Shown here: positions 19,068-26,618 of the stretch, piece after piece | How the letters are laid out: the number at the start of each line of letters is the position of its first letter | How positions within the stretch are numbered: position 1 is the stretch's first letter | Source of the DNA: Patescibacteria group bacterium | Lineage (GTDB): Bacteria; Patescibacteriota; Patescibacteriia; UBA9570; JAHJKD01 | NCBI GenBank assembly: GCA_043821615.1 | Contig: JBDRCS010000011.1 | Span: forward strand, 1 to 39,868 | Length of the DNA stretch: 39,868 nucleotides | Direction: 5' to 3' | Made by a program: the position numbers and the translations under genes | Notes under the pieces: model-generated | What the model was told of the DNA's origin: nothing | Databases searched by the model: none | What the model saw: the letters and a program-made list of their open reading frames with translations, nothing else

Positions 19068-19452
19068 GTTTTAGCCAGCCCCCAAGCATTTTTCCTGTTT
19101 CTTCCAAAGGCGAAGAAATGCGGGCATAAGCCTTGTGATCCAAGGCTTTTGCCTGCCAGGCGATTTGCAAGAAATATTTTAAAGCGTCGTGCTTAGTGAT
19201 GGCTTTTTGCACGGCGGCTAGTTTTTGCTTTTCATTGGCATAGGCAGAGTATAAGATGAGCTCCAAAGTTTCCGTGAACAGACTATCGATTTTCGCTCCT
19301 AATGTATAGCGCGATAATTTTTCCATTTGCCGCATGGCCAGATGCCATTGCAGATAGGCTTGCGTTATTTTCTCAAGGATCGGCAAATCATTTGTTTTGC
19401 CAGCTCCGTTGGGGGGGGGGATATTCCTTAATTGATTTTTTAGTGAATTCAT
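19039..19452 (-). CDS. avd: Avd-like four-helix-bundle accessory protein
   Basis: LPILEK..Y..WH, RYTLGAKID, LKYFLQIAW, LEETGKMLGGWLK match the Avd/four-helix-bundle pattern; lies between TR and RT. Confidence 0.9.
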   Translation of the reverse strand: MNSLKNQLRNIPPPNGAGKTNDLPILEKITQAYLQWHLAMRQMEKLSRYTLGAKIDSLFTETLELILYSAYANEKQKLAAVQKAITKHDALKYFLQIAWQAKALDHKAYARISSPLEETGKMLGGWLKHSLTTTRKR

Positions 19453-20454
19453 ATGAAAAAGTTTATTAAATCTTATGACGAATTGATTTCTATTGAAAAT
19501 TTATTATTGGCCTGGCAAGAATTTTTACGGGGTAAAAGGAGTAAGCCAGATGTGATAATATTCGCCAGAAATTTAATAACAAATATTTATCAGCTTGATA
19601 ACCAGCTCAAAAATGAGTCTTACCAACATGGCGGTTATCATCATTTTAATATCGCTGATCCCAAGCCAAGGCAAATCCATAAAGCTTCAGTCTACGACAG
19701 GTTACTACATCATGCTTTATATCGTCAACTTTATCCTTTTTACGATACTATATTCATCGCTGATTCTTTTTCCTGCCGTAAAGGCAAGGGCACCCACAAA
19801 GCCGGGAAACGGTTCAGAAAGATGCTTAGCCAGGTCGGTAAAAACAATACCAAAACCTGCTGGGTCCTTAAATGCGACATTAAGAAGTTTTTCGCCAGTA
19901 TTGACCAGAATATTCTAATGAATATTTTAAAACGGCGCCTGGAAGATAAGCGCTTGTTTAGTTTACTTGAGAATATTATTTATAGCTTTAAGATAGGAGG
20001 CAAAAATATTGGTTTGCCGCTTGGCAATCTGACTTCGCAATTGTTCGTTAATATCTATATGAACGAATTTGACCAGTTTATGAAGCACGAACTAAAAGCT
20101 AAATATTATCTTCGCTATGCTGATGATTTTGTTATTTTATCTTCAAGTCGCGAGGAGTTAATTAATCAAATACCTATAATTTCATACTTTTTAAAACAAA
20201 AATTAGCTCTCACTCTGCATCCGCGAAAAGTTAAAATCCGGCCTTTAGCTTCGGGAGTTGATTTTCTGGGCTGGATTTATTTTCCTCACCATAAAGTATT
20301 AAGAACCGCTTCAAAAAGACGTATGTTCCGCCGGATCATCGAACAACCAAATGAACAAGCCAGGCAATCTTACAAAGGCATGTTAAAACACGGTGATGCT
20401 AATAATTTAGAACAAGAATTTGATAATTTATATGGATTACTAAATCCTATCTAG
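19453..20454 (+). CDS. DGR reverse transcriptase
   Basis: KPRQIH, DRLLHHA, CDIKKFF, GLPLGNLTSQ (SQ motif typical of DGR RTs), YLRYADDF, GVDFLG; 333 aa, no endonuclease or maturase extension. Confidence 0.97.
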   Translation: MKKFIKSYDELISIENLLLAWQEFLRGKRSKPDVIIFARNLITNIYQLDNQLKNESYQHGGYHHFNIADPKPRQIHKASVYDRLLHHALYRQLYPFYDTIFIADSFSCRKGKGTHKAGKRFRKMLSQVGKNNTKTCWVLKCDIKKFFASIDQNILMNILKRRLEDKRLFSLLENIIYSFKIGGKNIGLPLGNLTSQLFVNIYMNEFDQFMKHELKAKYYLRYADDFVILSSSREELINQIPIISYFLKQKLALTLHPRKVKIRPLASGVDFLGWIYFPHHKVLRTASKRRMFRRIIEQPNEQARQSYKGMLKHGDANNLEQEFDNLYGLLNPI

Positions 20455-20491
20455 GTTAGCAAAAAGAAGAAAAAAGTGATAACATTACATT

Positions 20492-21085
20492 ATGATAAAA
20501 GCCCTCTTAATATTAAAAAAACATCTCGGCTTTTCTAAAGCCGTGTCCTTAGGATTAGAAGTTCAAAAACAAGTCAAAGCCGGCGAGCCTTTCAAAGATT
20601 TTGATCCACCCAGAGACGAACGCGAAAAACAGGCCAGAGAGCAGGCCGCGCCTGCTTTTGTTTTGTACAAATTACTGAAGGCTGAGTTTTCTCAAGAGAA
20701 GGCATATCAAATAACAGAAGAAGTAGTAAAAGACGCCGCTGTTTCTACTCTTAAAAAATCTCTTCCTTCTATATCACCTCAATGGTATAAAAATCTAGAC
20801 AATAAAAAAGCAGAGTTAAAAAAAGCCATAGAAAATTCTCCCAACACCAAAATAGGGGAGATGGAAATAAATGAGGATTCTTTTTCTTTTCAAGTAGCTC
20901 GTTGTGATTTTGTTGAGTTTGCTAAAAAATTAAATATGCCTGAAGTCGCCCCGGTCTTTTGTTCGGGAGATGGTCTATTTTTTGAAAAATTCACACCAGA
21001 AATAAAATTTGAACGGCCTCAAAAGCTTTCTGACGGGGGAGAATATTGTGATTTTCGTTTTCAGCTTAAAAATGATAAAATATAA
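20492..21085 (+). CDS. L-2-amino-thiazoline-4-carboxylate hydrolase-like family protein
   Basis: RCDFVEF..FCSGD..FERPQKLSDGGEYCDFRF three-Cys pattern. Confidence 0.75.
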   Translation: MIKALLILKKHLGFSKAVSLGLEVQKQVKAGEPFKDFDPPRDEREKQAREQAAPAFVLYKLLKAEFSQEKAYQITEEVVKDAAVSTLKKSLPSISPQWYKNLDNKKAELKKAIENSPNTKIGEMEINEDSFSFQVARCDFVEFAKKLNMPEVAPVFCSGDGLFFEKFTPEIKFERPQKLSDGGEYCDFRFQLKNDKI

Positions 21086-21107
21086 ATATAATTTATAAAA
21101 TCAATAT

Positions 21108-21485
21108 ATGAAAAAAAATCCGTCATTGGCCGGAAAAAAATTAGAATTATTAACTTGTTATATTCACAAGAAGAAATTATTAGACGAAGTTCTGGAAAGA
21201 CTTATCGAGCTTGATGTTGGGGGAGTGACCGTGCAAGACAGCACTGGCATTGGCCGAGCCCAGATTCATGATATTGTTCTGCATTCCAGTTTCAAGAACA
21301 TTTTAAATCAGGGGAAAAAGGATCATTATACTGTTCAATGCATTATTCCTGCCACGGAAGTTAATCTAATTTCAAAAGAACTTACTAAAATTTACGGAAA
21401 TTTTAAAGAACAGGGAATAGGATTTTTCTTTACTTCACCGGTAAACAAGGCCTGGGGTATTAATTTGCCAAATAATAAAAAATAG
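21108..21485 (+). CDS. P-II-like signalling protein
   Basis: GGVTVQDSTGIGR and GIGFFFTSPV motifs; 125 aa. Confidence 0.7.
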   Translation: MKKNPSLAGKKLELLTCYIHKKKLLDEVLERLIELDVGGVTVQDSTGIGRAQIHDIVLHSSFKNILNQGKKDHYTVQCIIPATEVNLISKELTKIYGNFKEQGIGFFFTSPVNKAWGINLPNNKK

Positions 21486-21486
21486 C

Positions 21487-21777
21487 ATGACCTATGGAAT
21501 GGGACAGCAACAATTAGAAATGGCCAAAAGAAATTTGGATTTAGCCAGGCAGTCTTTTGATGTCGATCAAAAAGCAGTCGATGATTTAAAAAGGTCATTA
21601 AGAATGGCAGAAATGAAAGCCCGGCAAGCTGAAAGAAAAATGCAGGAAGCAAAAAATAAATTAACCATGGCGCAAAGAACGGCTGATGAAGAAGATACCA
21701 AGCAAAGAAAAAAAGCAGCTGATGATAAATTTGATGCCAAGATGGCAGGAAAAGATGAAAAAAAAGGCTGGTTTTAA
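21487..21777 (+). CDS. Small coiled-coil hypothetical protein
   Basis: 96 aa, heptad-like charged sequence ending KKGWF; packed directly after the P-II-like gene. Confidence 0.7.
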   Translation: MTYGMGQQQLEMAKRNLDLARQSFDVDQKAVDDLKRSLRMAEMKARQAERKMQEAKNKLTMAQRTADEEDTKQRKKAADDKFDAKMAGKDEKKGWF

Positions 21778-21780
21778 AAA

Positions 21781-21856
21781 CGGGCTGTAGCGCAGTTGGT
21801 AGCGCGCACGCCTCGGGTGCGTGAGGTCGTGGGTTCGAGTCCCGCCAGCCCGACCA
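21781..21856 (+). tRNA. tRNA-Pro(CGG)
   Basis: Acceptor CGGGCTG/CAGCCCG, anticodon arm CACGC-ctCGGgt-GCGTG, TTCGAGT, encoded CCA. Confidence 0.96.
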
Positions 21857-21860
21857 AAAT

Positions 21861-21888
21861 TTGCATTATAATATTAATTTGTTATAAT
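21861..21888 (+). promoter_or_regulatory. sigma70 promoter upstream of the riboswitch
   Basis: TTGCAT-16 bp-TATAAT with extended TG. Confidence 0.65.
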
Positions 21889-21913
21889 ACTTGCAGATCT
21901 TTCCACAACTTAA

Positions 21914-22006
21914 AATATCAAGAGAAGCACGAGGGATTAGGCCCGCTGACTGCTCACCAACCCGGATTAAGCTGGGTGGTACAACCTACCCCTTGGGAGT
22001 GATATC
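21914..22006 (+). ncRNA. SAM-I (S-box) riboswitch aptamer
   Basis: P1 ATATC/GATAT, ATCAAGAG, GAGGGA..GGCCC..TGA P2 module, ACCAACC..GGTGGT P3, pseudoknot TAGG/CCTA. Confidence 0.85.
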
Positions 22007-22012
22007 ATAAGA

Positions 22013-22060
22013 CAAAAGGCTTCTTATCCGAATACATTGGGGTAAGAAGCTTTTTGTTTT
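22013..22060 (+). terminator. Riboswitch expression-platform terminator
   Basis: GCTTCTTATCC / GGGTAAGAAGC stem followed by TTTTTGTTTT. Confidence 0.8.
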
Positions 22061-22110
22061 CCCGCGGGCAAGCAAAAAGAAACCCTCAACCGGCCCAAGG
22101 AGGTGCAGTT

Positions 22111-22230
22111 ATGGCTGCAGTTTTTCAAAAGTTCTACAACCAGGTCCTCACCCCAGAGGAACGCAACCTGTGGGACATGAAGTCCCCGGAGTGGCGCGTC
22201 GCCTATTACTATTGGCGTATCTTGCGCTGA
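22111..22230 (+). CDS. 39-aa ORF MAAVFQKFYNQVLTPEERNLWDMKSPEWRVAYYYWRILR
   Basis: Strong AAGGAGGT RBS 6 nt upstream of the ATG; first ORF after the riboswitch; absent from the ORF track. Confidence 0.65.
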   Translation: MAAVFQKFYNQVLTPEERNLWDMKSPEWRVAYYYWRILR

Positions 22231-22487
22231 ATCGCCCTCAAGGCTGCTACCTCTGTATGAGAATTCCCTAGGGAGTACTTATACAAGTAGCAGCTGGGCG
22301 AGAGATTATTTATACACAGCTCACCTTAGCAGGACATTGACGGTCTAAAAGTGAGTGATAAAATAGATATGGATAAAAATATGGAACAAGAACCTCCCGA
22401 CTGCCTGAAAACAGCCACAACAATCAAAAAATTATTAATTAAAATGACCCATCAAAACTGAGACCTTGCTTGGTTTTTTTTAATTCT

Positions 22488-23579
22488 ATGAATATTGGTT
22501 TTGTTTACAATGTCCGCCATGTCAAACCAGACCTTCAAAATCCTGATTATATAAAACAGGCTGAATTTGACGAGCCTTCAACAATTTCAGGAATCTATGA
22601 TGCCCTGCGTGAATTAGGTCATGAAATTTACTGCATTGAGGCGGATGAAAACGCTTATACAAAATTAAAAAGCCATAAAGATAAATTGGACCTTGTTTTT
22701 AATATTGCTGAGGGTCTTCATGGCCGTGACCGTGAGGCGCACTTGCCGGCAATATTGGAAATGCTCCAAATTCCCTATACCGGCCCTTCTCCCCTGGGTT
22801 ATGCTTTGGGGCTGGACAAAGCTTTAGCAAAGGAAGTGATGATTACAAACGGCATTGCTACCCCGGATTTCGTATTAATTGAAGATATTAATCAGCTAAA
22901 AGAAGAAATGGTGCCGTTTTTGCCGGCAATCGTAAAACCAGTGGGAGAGGGCTCCAGCAAGGGGATTACTGCGAAAAATCTTGTTTTTGAATTCGAGGAG
23001 CTTAAGGAAGTCGCTGAGGAAATTATCAATGAGCACAAGCAGGCAGTGCTGGTTGAAAAATATTTAAGAGGCCGGGAATTTACAGTCGGGGTTTTAGGAA
23101 CACCTGCCCGGACTCTTCCTATTATTGAAATTACATTCAATGGTTTGCCGGAAAATATGCCGAAATTTGACCATTATGAAGCCAAATGGATTTTTGATAA
23201 TCCAGAAAAAGGAACAGATCCTTTGATCTGTCCGGCTAAATTATCCATTTCTCTGAGACAAGAGATAATTTCCATTACCTTAAATGCTTTTAAGGCCTTG
23301 CATATGGCAGATTGGGCGCGGTTTGACTTGCGCTTGGATGAAAATAAAAAACCAAGCATACTTGAAGTCAACTGCCCCCCCGGCTTGATACCCAATCCAG
23401 AGGAGAATTCCCGTTTTCCTCGCGCTGCTCTTTCAGCCGGCCTCGAATTCAAAGATGTTATTGAGGAAATTTTGAAATCTGCCTGCATGCGATATGGCAT
23501 CCATTACCAGGGGAAGAGAAAGAAAAATTATTTCATTTTTAAAAAAAATGCTAAGCGTCAAACTATCACCACATCTTAA
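22488..23579 (+). CDS. ATP-grasp ligase, D-Ala-D-Ala-ligase-like
   Basis: VFNIAEG..GRDRE, IPYTG, IVKPVGEGSSKGI, VEKYLRGREFTV, ARFDLR, ILEVN.PPG; start set at ATG 22488. Confidence 0.9.
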   Translation: MNIGFVYNVRHVKPDLQNPDYIKQAEFDEPSTISGIYDALRELGHEIYCIEADENAYTKLKSHKDKLDLVFNIAEGLHGRDREAHLPAILEMLQIPYTGPSPLGYALGLDKALAKEVMITNGIATPDFVLIEDINQLKEEMVPFLPAIVKPVGEGSSKGITAKNLVFEFEELKEVAEEIINEHKQAVLVEKYLRGREFTVGVLGTPARTLPIIEITFNGLPENMPKFDHYEAKWIFDNPEKGTDPLICPAKLSISLRQEIISITLNAFKALHMADWARFDLRLDENKKPSILEVNCPPGLIPNPEENSRFPRAALSAGLEFKDVIEEILKSACMRYGIHYQGKRKKNYFIFKKNAKRQTITTS

Positions 23580-24474
23580 AAAACTTACCAAATCCTGTCC
23601 CGCCATCCATAGGCAATTCATTCCTGTGAAGGATGAAGGCCAGGAGGAAGAGCTAACTACCCCGGATCCTCTCCTTGAAGAGGATCACACGGTTACTCGA
23701 GGGCTAGTCCATAAATATGGAAACCGGGCATTAGTTTTGTTAACAATGAATTGCGCAGCTTATTGCCGTTTTTGCACGCGTCAGCGCAAGGTCTCTGATA
23801 TTGAGAAGGGTATTATTACAGACACGGATCTGGATAAAATTGTAGATTACTTAAAAAAACATTCTGAAATTAAAGAACTGATAATTTCTGGGGGAGATCC
23901 TCTTACCGTGCCTAAAATATTAAAAAAAGCTCTAAAAAAATTCAGCGCTCTGCCTCAGATAAGGATTTTTCGCATAGGCACGCGCCTGCCAGTTTCTCAT
24001 CCTCAACAAGTTAACAATGAGGTAATTAGTGCAATTAAATCCGTAAAAAAACAACCCATTTACTTAATGGTTCATTTCGAACACCCGGCGGAAATTAATA
24101 AGCCCACTATCGCCGCCATAGAAAGGTTGCGTCCCAATGTAACCATGATACTTTCCCAGTCAGTTTTCCTAAAAGGGGTAAATGATAAAGTCGAAACACT
24201 ATATTCCCTCTTTTCTGGATTAGTGGAAATAGGGGTAAAGCCGTATTATCTATTCCGTTGCGATTATGTAAAAGGGGCTGAGCATTTTATTGTAGATTTT
24301 AAGAAGGAATTAAAAATAATGACAACCTTACGCAGTCGACTTTCTGGTTTAGCCTGCCCCTTGTATGTAGTTGATGTGCCTGGTGGAGCCGGTAAAGTTC
24401 CACCGCCGCTAGGTTTCTGGAAATGTGATTACAAGGCTTATCATGATTTTAAAGGGAAAAAAATATTGACTTAA
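23548..24474 (+). CDS. KamA-family radical SAM/PLP aminomutase (lysine 2,3-aminomutase-like), short N-terminus
   Basis: LVHKYGNR, CAAYCRFCTR, SGGDPL, RIGTR, PYYLFRCD, VVDVPGGAGK. Confidence 0.92.
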   Translation: MLSVKLSPHLKKLTKSCPAIHRQFIPVKDEGQEEELTTPDPLLEEDHTVTRGLVHKYGNRALVLLTMNCAAYCRFCTRQRKVSDIEKGIITDTDLDKIVDYLKKHSEIKELIISGGDPLTVPKILKKALKKFSALPQIRIFRIGTRLPVSHPQQVNNEVISAIKSVKKQPIYLMVHFEHPAEINKPTIAAIERLRPNVTMILSQSVFLKGVNDKVETLYSLFSGLVEIGVKPYYLFRCDYVKGAEHFIVDFKKELKIMTTLRSRLSGLACPLYVVDVPGGAGKVPPPLGFWKCDYKAYHDFKGKKILT

Positions 24475-24523
24475 AATATATCTAGGTGTTTAATTAGTAA
24501 TTATAGATTATTAATATTTTTTT

Positions 24524-25060
24524 ATGAAAGAATATAAAAGTGCTTTGGTAAAAGAGTATATGTGCGGCTGGGTCAATAAAATTGACAAGAATGCCACTCT
24601 GGGCGAAGCCCTGAAACAAATGGTTGATGAAAAAACTAACAGTTTGGTGATAGTTGATAGCAAAAATCGTCCCAAAGGCGTAATTTCTTCACGCCTGATT
24701 ATTAAGGAAGTTGTACCGGAATATTTAAGGGATGATGAAATTACCTCGCAATTCGGTGCACACGGCAGCTTGGCCAAATATGCCATTCAGCAAAAAGACA
24801 AGATAGTAAAAGATTTTATGTACAAGGATTTTCATTGTCTTGACCCGGATGATGCCATGATTGAAGCTGCAACTTATGCTACCAAAGGCGCGCGGCGCAT
24901 TTTGCCGGTGGTAAACAAAGAGGGCGAGCTAATTGGCGCCATTACCAGAACAGCTATTAAGATAGCGATTTATAACACAATTTATGGCGAAGACAGGATC
25001 GATCCGCAGGCTGTTGTCTGTCCTCATGAGGTCAAAGAGAAATTAAAGGAAGAAAAATGA
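24524..25060 (+). CDS. CBS-domain pair protein
   Basis: VKEYM..LVIVDSKNRPKGVIS and VKDFM..LPVVNKEGELIGAIT. Confidence 0.88.
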   Translation: MKEYKSALVKEYMCGWVNKIDKNATLGEALKQMVDEKTNSLVIVDSKNRPKGVISSRLIIKEVVPEYLRDDEITSQFGAHGSLAKYAIQQKDKIVKDFMYKDFHCLDPDDAMIEAATYATKGARRILPVVNKEGELIGAITRTAIKIAIYNTIYGEDRIDPQAVVCPHEVKEKLKEEK

Positions 25061-26376
25061 CAGAAGCAACCGAAATCCTACAATCCGAGGTAACTACTGC
25101 AGCTGTTATTGCTGCTTTACTTATCTTCCTGGGCAGTTATGCCCTGATTATATCTGAAAAGGTTCACCGTACCATTGTAGCCCTGATTGGGGCGGCCGCA
25201 GTCATTATTTTAGGCATTTTTTTGGATTTTTACAGCCAGCACGAAGCTGTAAGTGCCATCGATTTTAATACCATCGGCCTTTTAATCGGTATGATGATTA
25301 TCGTGGAAATCATGAAACACACCGGTCTTTTTCAGTATGTCGCTATTAAGGCTGCCAAGAAAGCCAAAGGCCAGCCCTGGATGATAATGATAATCTTTGC
25401 CGTTATCACGGCTTTATTTTCCGCCCTATTAGACAATGTGACCACTGTTTTATTATTAGTCCCAATTACCATAGTTATTTGCGACAATTTACATATCAGC
25501 CCCAAGCCTTTTTTGCTTGTGGAAATATTTATGAGTAATATCGGTGGCACGTCCACGCTTATTGGTGATCCGCCAAATATATTAATCGGTTCTGCAGCCG
25601 GCCTTTCCTTTATGGATTTTCTTTTAAATCTTGGCCCGGTTGTAGTAATTATGTTTTTAGTAATGATTCCGTTTTTTAAATGGAGGTACGGCAAAAAGAT
25701 TCAGACAGAAAAAAAGTATATGGAGAACATCATGAATCTTAATGAAAAAGAAAGTATCAAAGATCCAAAATTATTGAAAAAATCTTTAGTGGTTTTAGGC
25801 TTGGTCATATTAGGCTTTTTCTTTCACGGCATGCTTGGCCTGGAAGCCGCCACCATTGCCATTCTCGGGGCCGGAGTAATGCTCTTTTTAGAGGGAAAGA
25901 ATTTAGAAAAAGCTCTAAACGGAGTTGAGTGGACCACTATCTTTTTCTTTGTCGGCCTTTTTGTATTGGTTGGTAGCCTGGAAAGTGTTGGGGTAATTTC
26001 CTGGGCTGCTGAAAAAGTTCTGGCTATTACCCAGGGAGAGCTTATTGCCACCTCCATGGTTATTCTCTGGGGTTCGGCAATATTTTCCGCTTTTGTAGAT
26101 AATATCCCTTTTGTGGCCACCATGATCCCCTTGGTAGGGGATATGGGCTCCACTTTCACAGACCTTAATCCATTATGGTGGGCCCTGTCTTTAGGCGCCT
26201 GCCTTGGTGGTAATGGCGCCTTAGTGGGCGCAAGTGCAAACTTAGTTGTGGCCGGCATGAGTGAAAAGGCCGGCTATAGGATTACCTTCATGGAATTTTT
26301 AAAGACCGGCGTCTTTGTAATGCTTATCACGGTTGCAGTTGCTAATATTTATTTATGGCTAAGATATTGGATGTAA
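25057..26376 (+). CDS. ArsB/NhaD (IT superfamily) ion transporter
   Basis: SALLDNVTT, SNIGGTSTLIGDPPN, SAFVDNIP, LGGNGALVGASAN. Confidence 0.92.
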   Translation: MTEATEILQSEVTTAAVIAALLIFLGSYALIISEKVHRTIVALIGAAAVIILGIFLDFYSQHEAVSAIDFNTIGLLIGMMIIVEIMKHTGLFQYVAIKAAKKAKGQPWMIMIIFAVITALFSALLDNVTTVLLLVPITIVICDNLHISPKPFLLVEIFMSNIGGTSTLIGDPPNILIGSAAGLSFMDFLLNLGPVVVIMFLVMIPFFKWRYGKKIQTEKKYMENIMNLNEKESIKDPKLLKKSLVVLGLVILGFFFHGMLGLEAATIAILGAGVMLFLEGKNLEKALNGVEWTTIFFFVGLFVLVGSLESVGVISWAAEKVLAITQGELIATSMVILWGSAIFSAFVDNIPFVATMIPLVGDMGSTFTDLNPLWWALSLGACLGGNGALVGASANLVVAGMSEKAGYRITFMEFLKTGVFVMLITVAVANIYLWLRYWM

Positions 26377-26439
26377 TCTTGACAAATTCGTAATTTTACT
26401 ATATTATTAAAATCTAATTAATAATTAATGGTAAAATAT

Positions 26440-26493
26440 ATGAAAAATTTAGGACCTGAAGGCGGTTGTGGTTGTGGTGGTGGTTGCTGCTAA
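26440..26493 (+). CDS. 17-aa Cys/Gly micropeptide MKNLGPEGGCGCGGGCC (21 aa if ATG 26428 is used)
   Basis: GC-rich GGT/TGT codons within AT-rich spacer; own promoter TTGACA(26379)-17-TATTAT(26402) and own terminator. Confidence 0.6.
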   Translation: MKNLGPEGGCGCGGGCC

Positions 26494-26510
26494 CCGAAAT
26501 AAATTTTCAC

Positions 26511-26542
26511 AAAGAGGCGTATTAATAATATGCCTCTTTTTT
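26511..26542 (+). terminator. Intrinsic terminator
   Basis: AAAGAGGCGTATT-aat-AATATGCCTCTTT plus T run. Confidence 0.8.
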
Positions 26543-26618
26543 AGTTTTTAAAGTCTTGCATTATTGAATAATAAGGGTTATTATAATGTCTGTTAAAAAT
26601 AATAAATTTAAAAAATAA

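Larger units (their letters stand above)
17961..20454 (+). mobile_element. Diversity-generating retroelement: target(VR) - TR - avd (antisense) - RT
   Basis: VR/TR pair with exclusively adenine-specific mismatches, an Avd-like gene and a DGR-type RT within 2.5 kb. Confidence 0.97.

Noticed and set aside
18897-19196. 99-aa + strand ORF across the TR, and similar 18376-18612 across the VR
   Set aside because: Off-frame readings of the repeat; they overlap avd or the target and have no RBS or protein-like features.
19453-20454. RT as group II intron, retron or CRISPR-associated RT
   Set aside because: No intron ends or domain V, no maturase/endonuclease extension and no cas genes; the SQ motif, Avd and TR/VR pair all indicate a DGR.
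22369-22461. 30-aa ORF MDKNMEQEPPDC.. just after a promoter-like sequence
   Set aside because: No RBS or recognisable features; could be a leaderless peptide but is unsupported.
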